Source of the DNA: Corallococcus sp.
Lineage (GTDB): Bacteria; Bacillota; Clostridia; Christensenellales; CAG-314
Length of the DNA stretch: 64,000 bases
NCBI GenBank assembly: GCA_023665205.1
Contig: JAMPEJ010000006.1
Span: 47,513-111,512, forward strand
Direction of reading: 5' to 3'
Part shown: piece after piece, positions 1 through 10,139 of the stretch
How the letters are laid out: each line of letters begins with the position of its first letter
Numbering within the stretch: the first letter of the stretch is position 1
The notes under the pieces: model-generated
What the model saw: only the letters and a program-made list of their open reading frames with translations
Told to the model about the DNA's origin: nothing
Database searches by the model: none
Translations under genes and position numbers: made by a program

Positions 1-67
1 AATGGCCAGTCACTGCGGACCGGGGACGATTGCAGTCTACTTTTGGGGAGACCAACGCAACTATTGA
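1..67 (+). CDS. DegV family protein, C-terminal fragment (gene begins upstream of window)
   Basis: Frame 2 reads ..ASHCGPGTIAVYFWGDQRNY then TGA at 65..67. The SHCGPGT motif matches the C-terminus of the complete DegV paralog at 47494..48372 (IGSHCGPGTVGVIF). Confidence 0.55.
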   Translation, partial: MASHCGPGTIAVYFWGDQRNY

Positions 68-95
68 CACTGGTTTGTCAAATAAAAAATCTACG

Positions 96-133
96 TGCGC
101 GCTTCGATTACGTTTCGGAACGCGCATTTTTTT
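96..133 (+). terminator. Putative rho-independent terminator
   Basis: The TGCGCG/CGCGCA stem (96..101 and 121..126) is followed by a T7 run. The loop is long, so confidence is only moderate. Confidence 0.45.
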
Positions 134-349
134 ACAATAAAAAAATTGCGCAATACCAACCGGTTTTTACGTCAATTTCTAAGAAGTTCGCACGCACAAA
201 CGTCGTTAAGTTATTTTTGCGCATTTTGTTGTAAAACGCATATTGTTGACTAAATATCGGTAAATAATATATAATATCGTAAACAGCGTTTGCGAAGAAG
301 TAATACGGCTTCGGCCGCTTCGAAAAAACGCTTTTGGAGAATACACGAA

Positions 350-1543
350 ATGAAAAAGATATTGACAATACTTGTTTGCACGCTTGCGTGCTGTCTTGCG
401 CTTACGTTAGCCGCTTGCGGCGAGCACGATTTTGAAACGGGCTGGTCCTACGACAACGACAGCCACTTTCACAAATGTCTGAAAGACGGCTGCACGGAAG
501 TATCCGACAAAGCGCCGCACGATTTGGACAAAGGCACGACTATTGCGGAAGCCACCTACGAAAAAGGCGAAACGGTGCGCTACGCATGTACCGTCTGCAA
601 ATATTACTGCGACCAAACCGTCGGAGAACCTTTGTCCCGCACCGTTGTTACCAGCGCGGAAGAACTTGCCGCAGCCTTACTGAACGGTGAAAACGTACTG
701 CTTGCCGACGATATAGTATTGCAAGACGGGGCAAACGTAGTTATTGACAAAGCGCTGACGTTGGACGGCGGCGGACACAAAATAACCGCAAGAGGAAACT
801 TAGCCAAAGACTACCGTCTTGTAAATATTGCAGCCAGCGACTGCACCGTAACCGTCAAAAACGTCGACTTAGAAGTTGTGTACGCACAGGGGCAATCCGT
901 GCAATTCCTGCGCGGTATAAACTTCGGCAGTTCCGAAAACATGATTGTCAACATCGAAAACGTGTCGCTCTTGATACCAGACTACTATGCGCTAAATATT
1001 ATACGAGACAATAACCGTCTTACAATCAACGTAAAGGACAGCACTATTCAAGGTTGGGCGGCAATAAACAACCACGCAAGCAACGTGACGTTTAATGCAA
1101 CCGACAGCGCTTTTGTGGGAAAGAACATCCACCCCAGCCCCGACGGCACGGGTAATTACTTTACCACCGTTATTTCGGCAGGATATATCATGACTGAGAA
1201 AGGAGATATATTTGAAGAAAAGACGTTGAGCGCAAACAACGACTTTACTTTTACCGATTGCACCATTACGGCATTGGTAAACGAGGTTGACGGCACGCCA
1301 ATAAACACGGTGCAGCAACTTATAGATATCCGTTCGCCTTTCAACAACAAGGTAACGCTTACCAACTGTACGCTTAATCCTGCCGGCGGACACGACAAAA
1401 TTTTATCCGCCTACGACAGCGCATATATACCCGACGAGAACAAAAACGATACTGAATTTGTAATAGACACAAACAAGGTATTTATAAACGGCGAAGACGT
1501 AACAAACGACGAAACGTTGGTGGAAAAATATTTGGACGAATAA
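350..1543 (+). CDS. Lipoprotein with Cys/His-rich N-terminal module and beta-helix-like repeat region
   Basis: ATG at 350 gives MKKILTILVCTLACCLALTLAACG, a lipobox. A GGAGA motif lies upstream. Repetitive N/V/T-rich segments resemble a right-handed beta-helix. The ORF track start at 290 lacks a signal peptide context. Confidence 0.75.
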   Translation: MKKILTILVCTLACCLALTLAACGEHDFETGWSYDNDSHFHKCLKDGCTEVSDKAPHDLDKGTTIAEATYEKGETVRYACTVCKYYCDQTVGEPLSRTVVTSAEELAAALLNGENVLLADDIVLQDGANVVIDKALTLDGGGHKITARGNLAKDYRLVNIAASDCTVTVKNVDLEVVYAQGQSVQFLRGINFGSSENMIVNIENVSLLIPDYYALNIIRDNNRLTINVKDSTIQGWAAINNHASNVTFNATDSAFVGKNIHPSPDGTGNYFTTVISAGYIMTEKGDIFEEKTLSANNDFTFTDCTITALVNEVDGTPINTVQQLIDIRSPFNNKVTLTNCTLNPAGGHDKILSAYDSAYIPDENKNDTEFVIDTNKVFINGEDVTNDETLVEKYLDE

Positions 1544-1772
1544 AAATAAAACAAATTGTTGCGCAACAACACTCGAAAAAACTGACAAAAATAAATTTAA
1601 CATTTTTCATTACAATAACGTTAGAACGACGATTGCTTATATGCAAACGTCGTTTTTATATAATAGAAAAACAAGTTTGAATTTTTTACAAGATATGCTA
1701 AACTTATTTACAAGATTTACATACAAATGCAACAAAAATAATAAATCGATTGTTTAATAATATGAGGACGCT

Positions 1773-2285
1773 ATGGATAAACGGCAGATCGATAAACTGC
1801 TTATAAAAATCTCACACGGAGATAACAACGCCTTTGCCGCACTTTACGAAGGAACGAAGCGAGGCGTGTTTTCCTTTGTGTATTCGTATTATAAAAAATA
1901 CGAAAATGCGGAAGACGCAATGCAGACCGTGTATTTGAAAATAAAGTTGAACATAAATCAATACAAGCACGGAACGGACGGCAGAGCTTGGATATTACAA
2001 ATAGCAAAGAATACCGCTATAAACGAAATCAACAAGAATAAACGCCTTGTATATACGGATGATATTGAAACTAGAAGCGACACTAAACTATCCGACGGCA
2101 TAACGGACGTAATGAAACAAGTTCTAACCGAAGAAGAAATGTACATAGTCAACTTGCACGTTTTGTGGGGTTATAAACACCGTGAAATTGCGCAAGAGTT
2201 GAATTGTCCTACGGGTACGGTTACTTCAAAATACAAGAGAAGTATAGAAAAATTAAAAACTGCTTTGAAGGAGGGCGAACAATGA
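1773..2285 (+). CDS. ECF-type RNA polymerase sigma factor (sigma-70 regions 2 and 4)
   Basis: 170 aa. Region 2-like AEDAMQTVYLKI...WILQIAKNTAIN and region 4 HTH YKHREIAQELNCPTGTVTSKYKRSIEKLK. Confidence 0.85.
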   Translation: MDKRQIDKLLIKISHGDNNAFAALYEGTKRGVFSFVYSYYKKYENAEDAMQTVYLKIKLNINQYKHGTDGRAWILQIAKNTAINEINKNKRLVYTDDIETRSDTKLSDGITDVMKQVLTEEEMYIVNLHVLWGYKHREIAQELNCPTGTVTSKYKRSIEKLKTALKEGEQ

Positions 2286-3643
2286 AATCATGGAAAAAAC
2301 GTTGGAAAGACGAGCTTGACGAAATAACGCCCGCCTTGCGCGACGATATTAAGAATACCCCTATCTCCACAACCGAGAATATAGACAACAACGGCGGCAA
2401 TACAGCCGTGCTGTCTATTAGCAAACAAAAACTGATACCCATTGCTGCGGCGGCATTTGCATTATTGCTTTGTGCAGTCTTGTTGTGCGTGCTTTTGATT
2501 AAACCGAATAATTCTTACAGAGATTTTCTATTCACTTTGGAAATCAATCCTGCCGTTACTATGTCGGCAGACGAAGACGGAATTGTTACGGGGGTAATTG
2601 CTTCCAACGCCGACGCCGATATTATTCTTTCGGACGAAAGCGTGCGCAATCAGATCAAAGGAAAAAGCATAGACGAAGCTGTAACGTACTACACCGATTA
2701 TGCGGCAAAGCTCGGCTATATTGATTTAGAGCAAAAAGGCTCTGCCGTTCGTATCAGCGGACTCGGCGACGAAGATTTTTTAGGGAAAGCGCAAACAGCC
2801 CTTGAAACTTATTTTACCGACAAAGGCTTGTTCGTCGTAGTTATTGCCGAAAACGTAAACAATGACGAATTTTGTTTGCGAAGCGGCATAACCGCCGAAA
2901 ATGCGGCAAAGTTTATAAAAGACAGTACCGTATTATTTTCCGATAGAACGGCGGAAAATTTAAGTTTACAAGATTTACAGTCCTTGTATAACAAACTTGT
3001 CGTAGAGAACAAACTTTTCGATTATGTTACCGAAAGTTTATCGGGTAATATCGAGCGTATTATAAAGAATGCCGAAGATATACAGAACTTGTCTCAGTTG
3101 TACTTTACTATATTAAATCACGCAGACAATCCAATAAAAATGCTCGGCGATTATTGGACGGTAAAGAAATTATACGGCAATACGTTAAGTGGAGAGTTTG
3201 CAAAACTAATGTCCGAAATGGAAACCGCCCTTGAAAACTATAAAGCAGATTACGGTGTTGAAATTACGGGCGTTACGCAATTAACGGATGCGGCAAACAG
3301 TTATCTTAAAATTCCGGCAAGCAATATTGCCACGCTATTAGAAAGTTTTTCTTTCGACAAATTCAAAGAGCTTTCTTCGGATATAACGGAAATATTGGAA
3401 ATTACGGGCTTGATTACAAGCGATTTTGCAAATTATCTGCAAGCCCCGCAATCGCTTGCCGAATACGTTGAGAAAACGTCGGCTCTTATCAAGTCAGAAT
3501 ATAAATCTAGACTTGAAACATACGAGAATTTGTACAACAAATACAGACCGCCTATTGAAAAAACGGACTATGATAGTTTTATAGAAAGTACAGTACAACA
3601 ATACGGATCGCTCAACGCCTATTGGCAAGCAATTAAAAATTAA
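2282..3643 (+). CDS. Putative anti-sigma factor, single-pass membrane protein with RsgI-middle-like extracytoplasmic domain
   Basis: ATGA overlap with the sigma factor stop (ATG 2282, TGA 2283..2285). Short cytoplasmic N-terminus and one TM segment (IPIAAAAFALLLCAVLLCVLLI). It then carries LEINPAVTMSADEDG..KLGYID, paralogous to the next gene. Confidence 0.65.
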   Translation: MKSWKKRWKDELDEITPALRDDIKNTPISTTENIDNNGGNTAVLSISKQKLIPIAAAAFALLLCAVLLCVLLIKPNNSYRDFLFTLEINPAVTMSADEDGIVTGVIASNADADIILSDESVRNQIKGKSIDEAVTYYTDYAAKLGYIDLEQKGSAVRISGLGDEDFLGKAQTALETYFTDKGLFVVVIAENVNNDEFCLRSGITAENAAKFIKDSTVLFSDRTAENLSLQDLQSLYNKLVVENKLFDYVTESLSGNIERIIKNAEDIQNLSQLYFTILNHADNPIKMLGDYWTVKKLYGNTLSGEFAKLMSEMETALENYKADYGVEITGVTQLTDAANSYLKIPASNIATLLESFSFDKFKELSSDITEILEITGLITSDFANYLQAPQSLAEYVEKTSALIKSEYKSRLETYENLYNKYRPPIEKTDYDSFIESTVQQYGSLNAYWQAIKN

Positions 3644-3760
3644 CCGATACGCCCCCGATTGAATATCGAGGGCCTAAATTTTTCTAAAAAATTTTATCTT
3701 ATTGCAATAAAAACACAACGCGCTTTGTTTAATAGGTACAATAAAATTTGGAGGATTTTT

Positions 3761-5281
3761 ATGAAAAAGAAATTCGGTGCTATTATCTTATCGGTTTTTC
3801 TGGCTGTAACAATGTGTTCCCTTACCGCTTGCAATTTGTTTAACCCCGACAAGCCAGACGGAGACACGGAAAAACTTGCATACGTAAGTTTGGACATCAA
3901 TCCCGCCGTTGAACTCATTGTCGATAAAGATAATAAAGTTGTAAGCGTTCGCGGAGAGAACGAGGACGGACAAGTTTTACTGTATGAAGAAACGGGTATT
4001 GAAGGCGAAAAAATCGACGACGCCATCAATAAGATAACCGACTTGGCTGTCAAATACGGCTACCTTGACGAGAACAATAAGGTTGTAGATACGATTGTAT
4101 CGTCAGGCGATAACGATTTTGCAACCGAAATTTTGAGCAAAGTAAATACTTCGATTACAGCTACCGCCGCTAATTTAGGCTTAACGGTTACTACCGACGG
4201 CGAAGGCGCATATTCTTTACTTCGTAAGATGAACGAGGTTAAAAAGCAATTCCCCAACAATTCCGCAATTCAGAATATGTCGGTGCAGAAATTCAAACTT
4301 GCGCTTTCCGTATCCGAAACGGGCGATATATCTCTCGATGCTGCGGTTGCATTAAACGACGCCGCTCTTATTCAAATGCTGAAAGAAGTAAGTCCGCAAA
4401 TCGAAGAATTTGCCACCGCCACTTATTTGGAAGTTAAAACGAAAGCTCTTGCAGCATACGAGCAAGTTGCCGAAATTGCGGGATACAGCGTTTATACAAA
4501 ATATTATCTCGAAAATATGACTTCCCACCTTATGACTGCATATTACGGCGGCGTTTATCAAATGTACGCTTCGGCGGCAACGGGATTTAGTACAATCTGC
4601 GACGTTGCGGAACTTGCCGCGCAAGTAGATAACTACCCTTTGAATACAACGCAAATCGAAGCTATTGTAACGGCTCTCGGAATGGAATCAGCGGATGCGC
4701 TTAAAAACTCAAAAGGCGAAGTTACGATTGAAAGCATAGAAGCCTATGCGGATAAGTTGTTCAAGAATACCCCCGCTTCGGACACGTTAGAACAGACGAA
4801 AGCGGCGTTGACGGAAGCTCTTGCACAAGCGGAAGCAGTAATCAAAGAAAAAGTAAACGAAATGACCGAAGAGTACAAACCGCAAATCGAAGCCGCTTTA
4901 ACAAGCGCACGCAATATTTTGACTTCGGTTGAAGAAATGTTCAATTCCTTACCCGACGCAGTAAAAACCGTTATGGAAACTTGCACGGCAGATTTGAAAG
5001 AAATTTTAGCGCAAATCGACACTATTCTTGCAGGCGAAAAAATCGAATTGGATGAATTAAGAACACTCTCTAACCGTCTTGAAGTAAAAGCGCAAGAGTA
5101 TCTTAACAAAATCAAAGCAGATTTGTCGGAAGAAGAATGGGCAGACCTTGAAGCAAAGAAAGCCGCAGAAATTGCAAAGTACACGTCGCAAAAAGAAGAG
5201 CTTGACAGAACTTTGGACGAAGCTGCACAAGCAGCGAAAGAATATCTTAAAAATTTAAAAGAACAACGCATAAAAAATTAA
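3761..5281 (+). CDS. Lipoprotein with RsgI-middle-like domain and long coiled-coil C-terminus
   Basis: GGAGG at 3750, then ATG at 3761. MKKKFGAIILSVFLAVTMCSLTAC lipobox. LDINPAVELIVDKDNKV..KYGYLD is homologous to the anti-sigma ectodomain. The C-terminal third is E/K/A/L-rich. Confidence 0.75.
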   Translation: MKKKFGAIILSVFLAVTMCSLTACNLFNPDKPDGDTEKLAYVSLDINPAVELIVDKDNKVVSVRGENEDGQVLLYEETGIEGEKIDDAINKITDLAVKYGYLDENNKVVDTIVSSGDNDFATEILSKVNTSITATAANLGLTVTTDGEGAYSLLRKMNEVKKQFPNNSAIQNMSVQKFKLALSVSETGDISLDAAVALNDAALIQMLKEVSPQIEEFATATYLEVKTKALAAYEQVAEIAGYSVYTKYYLENMTSHLMTAYYGGVYQMYASAATGFSTICDVAELAAQVDNYPLNTTQIEAIVTALGMESADALKNSKGEVTIESIEAYADKLFKNTPASDTLEQTKAALTEALAQAEAVIKEKVNEMTEEYKPQIEAALTSARNILTSVEEMFNSLPDAVKTVMETCTADLKEILAQIDTILAGEKIELDELRTLSNRLEVKAQEYLNKIKADLSEEEWADLEAKKAAEIAKYTSQKEELDRTLDEAAQAAKEYLKNLKEQRIKN

Positions 5282-5296
5282 AAAGTAATATAACTA

Positions 5297-5320
5297 AACC
5301 CGCAAAGCTTTTTGCGGGTT
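5297..5320. terminator. Hairpin terminator
   Basis: AACCCGCAAA-gctt-TTTGCGGGTT, a perfect 10-bp stem 16 nt after the stop at 5281. Confidence 0.7.
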
Positions 5321-5520
5321 CGTTTATAATAACAATAACGTAAAGCATAATAAAGTGTTTTGCAGGAAAATATTTCAATTTAATCAATCTTAATTTATAT
5401 AATTATAAGTAAGCGCAATTTACTGTAACGACGGTAAACATTGGTAATTGAAAATTCAATACTTTACGACGAATAAACCGAAATTTGTATTAGATAATTT
5501 CATAAAATACGCCGACCGCG

Positions 5521-6309
5521 TTAGTCGGCTTGAGATAAAGCACGTATTTGTTCGGCATACTGCTGTCCCAAAGCGTATCCTTGTTTGTAAGCAAAACCGA
5601 AGTTTTTGAATGCATATTGGTTCATTGTACCCAAATCCGGCTCTATCCACAAATCGATTATTCTTCTATTTGCTTTTTTGTATTTTTCTACAATAAAGTT
5701 ATCCGTAATTCCCACAATATGTACAAGTACGTTTACCATATTGGGGTTTTCTTTAAGTAAATTTTGTCTGCCCAAAACGTCTACGGCCACGATTTTTTCC
5801 GCGCCCATATCTTTAAGCTCGCGCACGGGTACGCGTTCCAACACTCCGCCGTCCACCAATATCATTTCGTCCTTCAACGACGGGCGGAAAAATGCCGGTA
5901 TACTGGAGGATGCCACAACGGCGTCCACAACCTTGCCGCTAGACAATCGCACCACTTTTTGCGAAACCATGTCAACAGCCACGCACTGAAAAGGAATTTT
6001 CAATTGATCGAACGTGACGTCGCCAATGTGCTTGCAAAACAGTTTGGAAATGCGCGCAGGATTAAACAAACCGCCCTTTTTGGGCGTAAGTTCGATAAGA
6101 TCAGACGGACGGATTTTCATCACTATTTTGCGCATTTCCTCGGGACTTTTTCCGGAAGCGTATGCGGCGCCGACAACGGCGCCCATAGAGCACCCCGTTA
6201 TATAGTCAGGTACGATTCCTGCTTCTTCCATCGCTTGCAAAAAGCCTATATGAGCAATACCTCGCGAACCGCCGCTACCCAATGCAAAACCCAATTTGTG
6301 TTTGTTCAT
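5521..6309 (-). CDS. Patatin-like phospholipase
   Basis: GSGGSRG oxyanion motif and GCSMG (GxSxG) nucleophile elbow. A DGG motif lies near the C-terminal half. Confidence 0.85.
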   Translation of the reverse strand: MNKHKLGFALGSGGSRGIAHIGFLQAMEEAGIVPDYITGCSMGAVVGAAYASGKSPEEMRKIVMKIRPSDLIELTPKKGGLFNPARISKLFCKHIGDVTFDQLKIPFQCVAVDMVSQKVVRLSSGKVVDAVVASSSIPAFFRPSLKDEMILVDGGVLERVPVRELKDMGAEKIVAVDVLGRQNLLKENPNMVNVLVHIVGITDNFIVEKYKKANRRIIDLWIEPDLGTMNQYAFKNFGFAYKQGYALGQQYAEQIRALSQAD

Positions 6310-6435
6310 ATTTTTACCCTTAAAAGTATAGAGTCAAGTCGATGTAATAATTGTATATCTATACCGACTCATTTTTACACCTAGTGTTTGCAATTTTGAC
6401 ATACTCTGCAACTGTCGATGCTAATACGCTCAAAA

Positions 6436-6918
6436 TTATTTGTTTGCAAACGCCTCGAAATCGGCAAGGCGCATATTGCCTTTTGCCACCGCCAAAAATT
6501 TATCGTTAAACTTATCCGTCATTTGGCAAGCAAGAACAATCATGTAGTGACACACTTGTTCGCTTATCACGCACCCGTCAAAAGGCACCACGATTTTGAA
6601 CGCCAAGTAGCCGTCGTTTTTGTCGTACTCGAAGCAACCGTTAAGCATGGAAAAATTTGCCACGTTTACCGCAGTACCGACGATCTCGCGAGCGTTTTCC
6701 GGAACTTTGTAGGGCATGGGGGACTTGACGTACATCAATCCCCTGTCCTCGCTAACTACTATGCGCAGTTTTATCGTCAAATCTTCCCCAACGGCTGAAG
6801 TGTTGATAACCATCTTTTCGTCGTCCGGCTGATACGTCCACTTCATATTGTCCAACGTTGTGCACAGCGTAGAATACGTTCTGCGAGCGTCTTGCGGACG
6901 AGTTAGTGCTATTGCCAT
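6436..6918 (-). CDS. YbjN-domain protein (putative sensory-transduction/chaperone-like)
   Basis: 160 aa with an AGGGAG SD upstream. Overall resemblance to the YbjN family was judged by eye, with no diagnostic catalytic motif. Confidence 0.5.
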   Translation of the reverse strand: MAIALTRPQDARRTYSTLCTTLDNMKWTYQPDDEKMVINTSAVGEDLTIKLRIVVSEDRGLMYVKSPMPYKVPENAREIVGTAVNVANFSMLNGCFEYDKNDGYLAFKIVVPFDGCVISEQVCHYMIVLACQMTDKFNDKFLAVAKGNMRLADFEAFANK

Positions 6919-7071
6919 ATTTCACAACTCCCTTTCCGAAATGCAAATTCGGGTCTATTGTTGAAATTGTACCACGATAACGATTTTTTTGCAACACCAT
7001 TGCAGATGAGTCGCATTACTTATAGTTACTATGGCGCAAGCGACAAAAACCGCGCTTAAAACAAATTTTAC

Positions 7072-7099
7072 TTGCACAAATTACAATTTGGTGTATAAT
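7072..7099 (+). promoter_or_regulatory. Sigma-A-type promoter, -10 only 9 nt from the ATG
   Basis: TTGCAC (7072..7077), 16 nt, TATAAT (7094..7099). ATG at 7109 with no SD between. Confidence 0.5.
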
Positions 7100-7108
7100 A
7101 TCTCTACT

Positions 7109-7951
7109 ATGAAAAAGATTTGCGACAAACGATTCGATCAAGAACGCGCCCTTTACAACCTGACGGACGCCGAAGTATGCAACTGCGCGTTTGGCGGAGA
7201 AGCCGACGGAGAATCGGCCCTTAAAGAAACGCGCAACGTAACGCTGACCGAATGCGAATTTGACCTGCGCTATCCGTTGTGGCATGCAGACGGATTTGCC
7301 GCGCGCAAATGCGCATTTTTTGAACCCAGCCGCGCACCGATGTGGTATTGCAAAAACGGAACGCTGAAAGACTGCTATATCAAAAGCGTAAAAGCTGTGC
7401 GCGAATGCGACGGAATAGAACTTGAGCGCTGTAACGTCGTCTCGCCGGAATTCGGTTGGAAAAGCAAAAATCTGACGCTGACAGACTGCAAAGTAGAAAG
7501 CGAATATCTGCTTTTAGACTCGCAGAACGTAACGGCAAACAAATTGGAAATGAAAGGTAAATACTCTTTCCAATACATGCAAAACGTCACTATTGCCGAC
7601 AGCACCCTAAACACAAAGGACGCCTTTTGGCACTCGAAAAACGTGACGGTGAAAAATTGCAAAGTCGCGGGGGAATATCTCGGGTGGTATTCGCAAAATC
7701 TGACTTTTATCGATTGCGAAATAAGCGGAACGCAACCGCTGTGCTATTGCAAAAACCTTGTTCTTATCAACTGCACCATGACTGGGTGCGACTTGTCCTT
7801 TGAATATTCCGAAGTGCAAGCGGATATAGTAGGCAAAATAACGTCAGTCAAAAACCCTAAGTCCGGTAAAATCGTTGCGGACGGCATTGGCGAAATCGTA
7901 CAAGAAAACGACATAATGAAAGGCCGCTGTGAAATAATTGTACGCAAATAA
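7109..7951 (+). CDS. DUF3737-like beta-helix protein
   Basis: MKKICDKRFDQERALYNL..GESALKE, with repeated NVT/NLT..C.. turns typical of DUF3737 family proteins. Confidence 0.7.
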   Translation: MKKICDKRFDQERALYNLTDAEVCNCAFGGEADGESALKETRNVTLTECEFDLRYPLWHADGFAARKCAFFEPSRAPMWYCKNGTLKDCYIKSVKAVRECDGIELERCNVVSPEFGWKSKNLTLTDCKVESEYLLLDSQNVTANKLEMKGKYSFQYMQNVTIADSTLNTKDAFWHSKNVTVKNCKVAGEYLGWYSQNLTFIDCEISGTQPLCYCKNLVLINCTMTGCDLSFEYSEVQADIVGKITSVKNPKSGKIVADGIGEIVQENDIMKGRCEIIVRK

Positions 7952-8228
7952 AATACGGTACTGCGGGCGGAACCGGTTGCACATACCTACGGCACAAAAA
8001 TCAATACGTTTGCGGCAGCAAAAGATACATATTTATACTTTACTTAAAATTGACCCAGCCTGCTTAATTGTTAAGTAAACCGATTGTATCGAGGCAGACA
8101 ATCAAATATATATAAACCGACTTAACAAAAATCTAACAGTCAACGCAAATTTCGCGTAGGCTGTTTTTTTTGCAGGCAAGTGTAAAGCGCTTTGAAATTG
8201 CCCACACTTGTAACGGAGGTAGTACACG

Positions 8229-8375
8229 ATGAAATGTTTTGGATGCAACAATGAAATAGACAACAACGACTACTGTATCTGCACCAAGTGCCGCAAAAGC
8301 ATGTGCCCCGACTGCGCACAAAAAAACAGTTACGTTTGCTCGGACTGCGGCGGAGACGTGGCATATCTTTCATAA
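8229..8375 (+). CDS. 48-aa cysteine-rich zinc-ribbon-like mini-protein (below ORF-track cutoff)
   Basis: GGAGG at 8216..8220, then ATG at 8229. MKCFGCNNEIDNNDYCICTKCRKSMCPDCAQKNSYVCSDCGGDVAYLS contains four CxxC pairs. A terminator follows. Confidence 0.6.
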   Translation: MKCFGCNNEIDNNDYCICTKCRKSMCPDCAQKNSYVCSDCGGDVAYLS

Positions 8376-8435
8376 CAATTCAAGGCGAGTTGAAAACGAA
8401 AACGGTTAAAGGTTCTCCTCAAGCAGCATAAAGAA

Positions 8436-8461
8436 GTCACGACATAAATCGTGGCTTTTTT
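8436..8461 (+). terminator. Rho-independent terminator
   Basis: GTCACGA-cataaa-TCGTGGC stem (one G.U pair) followed by T6. Confidence 0.6.
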
Positions 8462-8644
8462 GTTGCGATTTGTAATTACGCTCCTTGCAACTTTGTTTCA
8501 GCATAAGAGTACAAAATTCATTACGCCTTTTTAGCAACGTTCAGCGTAAATATAAACTAGAATTCACCGCCTTATTCGGCGCGTAAAAACACAGAATTTT
8601 ATTTTTTATTGCAGAATCATGCTAAAAACTTAACTGAAAAAGTT

Positions 8645-9949
8645 TTATTTAAGCATATCCGCAAGAGTATTAACGTTGCCGGCACCCACAAGCAACACCA
8701 AGTCGTCCGGCTTTGCTATGCGGCGAACGTACTGAGCCGCATTGTCGAAATTCGGACAATACTTAGCGTTGACGCCTTTGAGTTTCGCCAATTTGTACAA
8801 TTGAAAAGACGTAACGTTTGCAACGGGCTTTTCCCGCGCGGAATAAACCGGCAAATATATTACTTCGTCAGCAACTGTAAAGCAATCGATAAACCTGTCG
8901 AAAAACGCCTTAGTACGACTGTACGTGTGCGGTTGAAATATGCAAATGACTCTGCCTTTTGCAACGCTCTTAGCTGTAGCCAGCGCCGCGTCTATCTCCG
9001 TAGGGTGATGAGCGTAGTCGCAAACTACGTCGCAAATACCGTGCATAGCTGTCCAACGCCTGTCTACTCCTGCAAAAGTATGCAACGCCTGCAATATTTG
9101 CAAAGCGGGCAATCCTAACGTATGCGCCGCGGCAAACGCCGCAATTGCATTGCAAACGTTATGTTTTCCGCATATCGACAGTTCCGTACGTCCGACCTTT
9201 TCTCCCGCACAATAAACATCGAAAGAAGCGCAGCCGCTTGCGTTGATCTTGATATTTTTTGCCGCAACGTCTTCTCCGCAAATAACAGCTTTTTTGCACA
9301 GCGATTTGTGTTTCGAAGGCAAGACTACGCATTGACTTTGCGCAAAAAGTTGACAAAACGCCCGTTCCGTATCGGCTTGGTCGGCGTAACAATCCGGATG
9401 GTCGTGTTCAACGTTCAAACAAACGCAAAGACTCGGACGCAAATGCAAAAAACTACGATTGTACTCGCACGCCTCCGCCACGGCCACGCCGTTACCGAAA
9501 AAGTAGTTTTTGCCGCGGTATTCTCCTCCGATAAACGCCGCATGATCTACTCCGCAACGTTCCAACACGTGATGTATCATTGCGGTAACGGTTGTTTTTC
9601 CGTGAGTCCCGCACACGGCAATTCTTTTGCCGAAACCGTTGAACACAGTGCCTAACAGTTCTTCGCGCAAAACGGCAGGAATTCCGTGCGTCCTTGCGTA
9701 GACAAGTTCGCAGTTATCCTGCTGAACGGCAGACGTATGCACCACCAGTTCCGCGCCGCACGCGGCGTTTTCACAATGTCCTATCGTAACAATTGCGCCC
9801 AACTTGCGCAATTTTGCCGTTTGCTCGTTTTCCTGTCTGTCGCTGCCGGAAACGGCGTGCCCAAGTCGCAGCAAGTGCTGAGCAAGCGCGCTCATACCAA
9901 TGCCGCCGATGCCCACAAAATGTACTCGGTGAGGAATTTTTTCTAACAT
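8645..9949 (-). CDS. murC: UDP-N-acetylmuramate--L-alanine ligase
   Basis: HFVGIGGIGMSALAQ N-terminus, GTHGKTT P-loop, Mur ligase middle and C-terminal domain layout. Confidence 0.88.
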   Translation of the reverse strand: MLEKIPHRVHFVGIGGIGMSALAQHLLRLGHAVSGSDRQENEQTAKLRKLGAIVTIGHCENAACGAELVVHTSAVQQDNCELVYARTHGIPAVLREELLGTVFNGFGKRIAVCGTHGKTTVTAMIHHVLERCGVDHAAFIGGEYRGKNYFFGNGVAVAEACEYNRSFLHLRPSLCVCLNVEHDHPDCYADQADTERAFCQLFAQSQCVVLPSKHKSLCKKAVICGEDVAAKNIKINASGCASFDVYCAGEKVGRTELSICGKHNVCNAIAAFAAAHTLGLPALQILQALHTFAGVDRRWTAMHGICDVVCDYAHHPTEIDAALATAKSVAKGRVICIFQPHTYSRTKAFFDRFIDCFTVADEVIYLPVYSAREKPVANVTSFQLYKLAKLKGVNAKYCPNFDNAAQYVRRIAKPDDLVLLVGAGNVNTLADMLK

Positions 9950-10045
9950 AGTTCAGTGTATGCGCGCACCCCGTACAAAGTTACCTCACACCAAAAAACG
10001 GTATCAAAATAACATATTTATCAATTAAACAGTTTCCTTTTACCG

Positions 10046-10083
10046 CAAAAAAATTGCCGAGCGTCCGCAAAGGATACTCGGCA
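10046..10083 (-). terminator. Rho-independent terminator downstream of uvrC
   Basis: On the minus strand, the TTGCCGAG..CTCGGCAA 8-bp stem is followed by T7. Confidence 0.65.
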
Positions 10084-10139
10084 AAACTAAGTTCTTTTTG
10101 GTTTTGATATTTTTGCGCCGCCGACAAGCGAACTTGCGC

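Noticed and set aside
43-234. A 63-aa ORF at the left edge, and the 78-aa antisense ORF at 132..368.
   Set aside because: Frame 2 of the first 67 nt gives a clean DegV C-terminus with a stop followed by a terminator. The listed ORFs span that terminator and the promoter region of the next gene.
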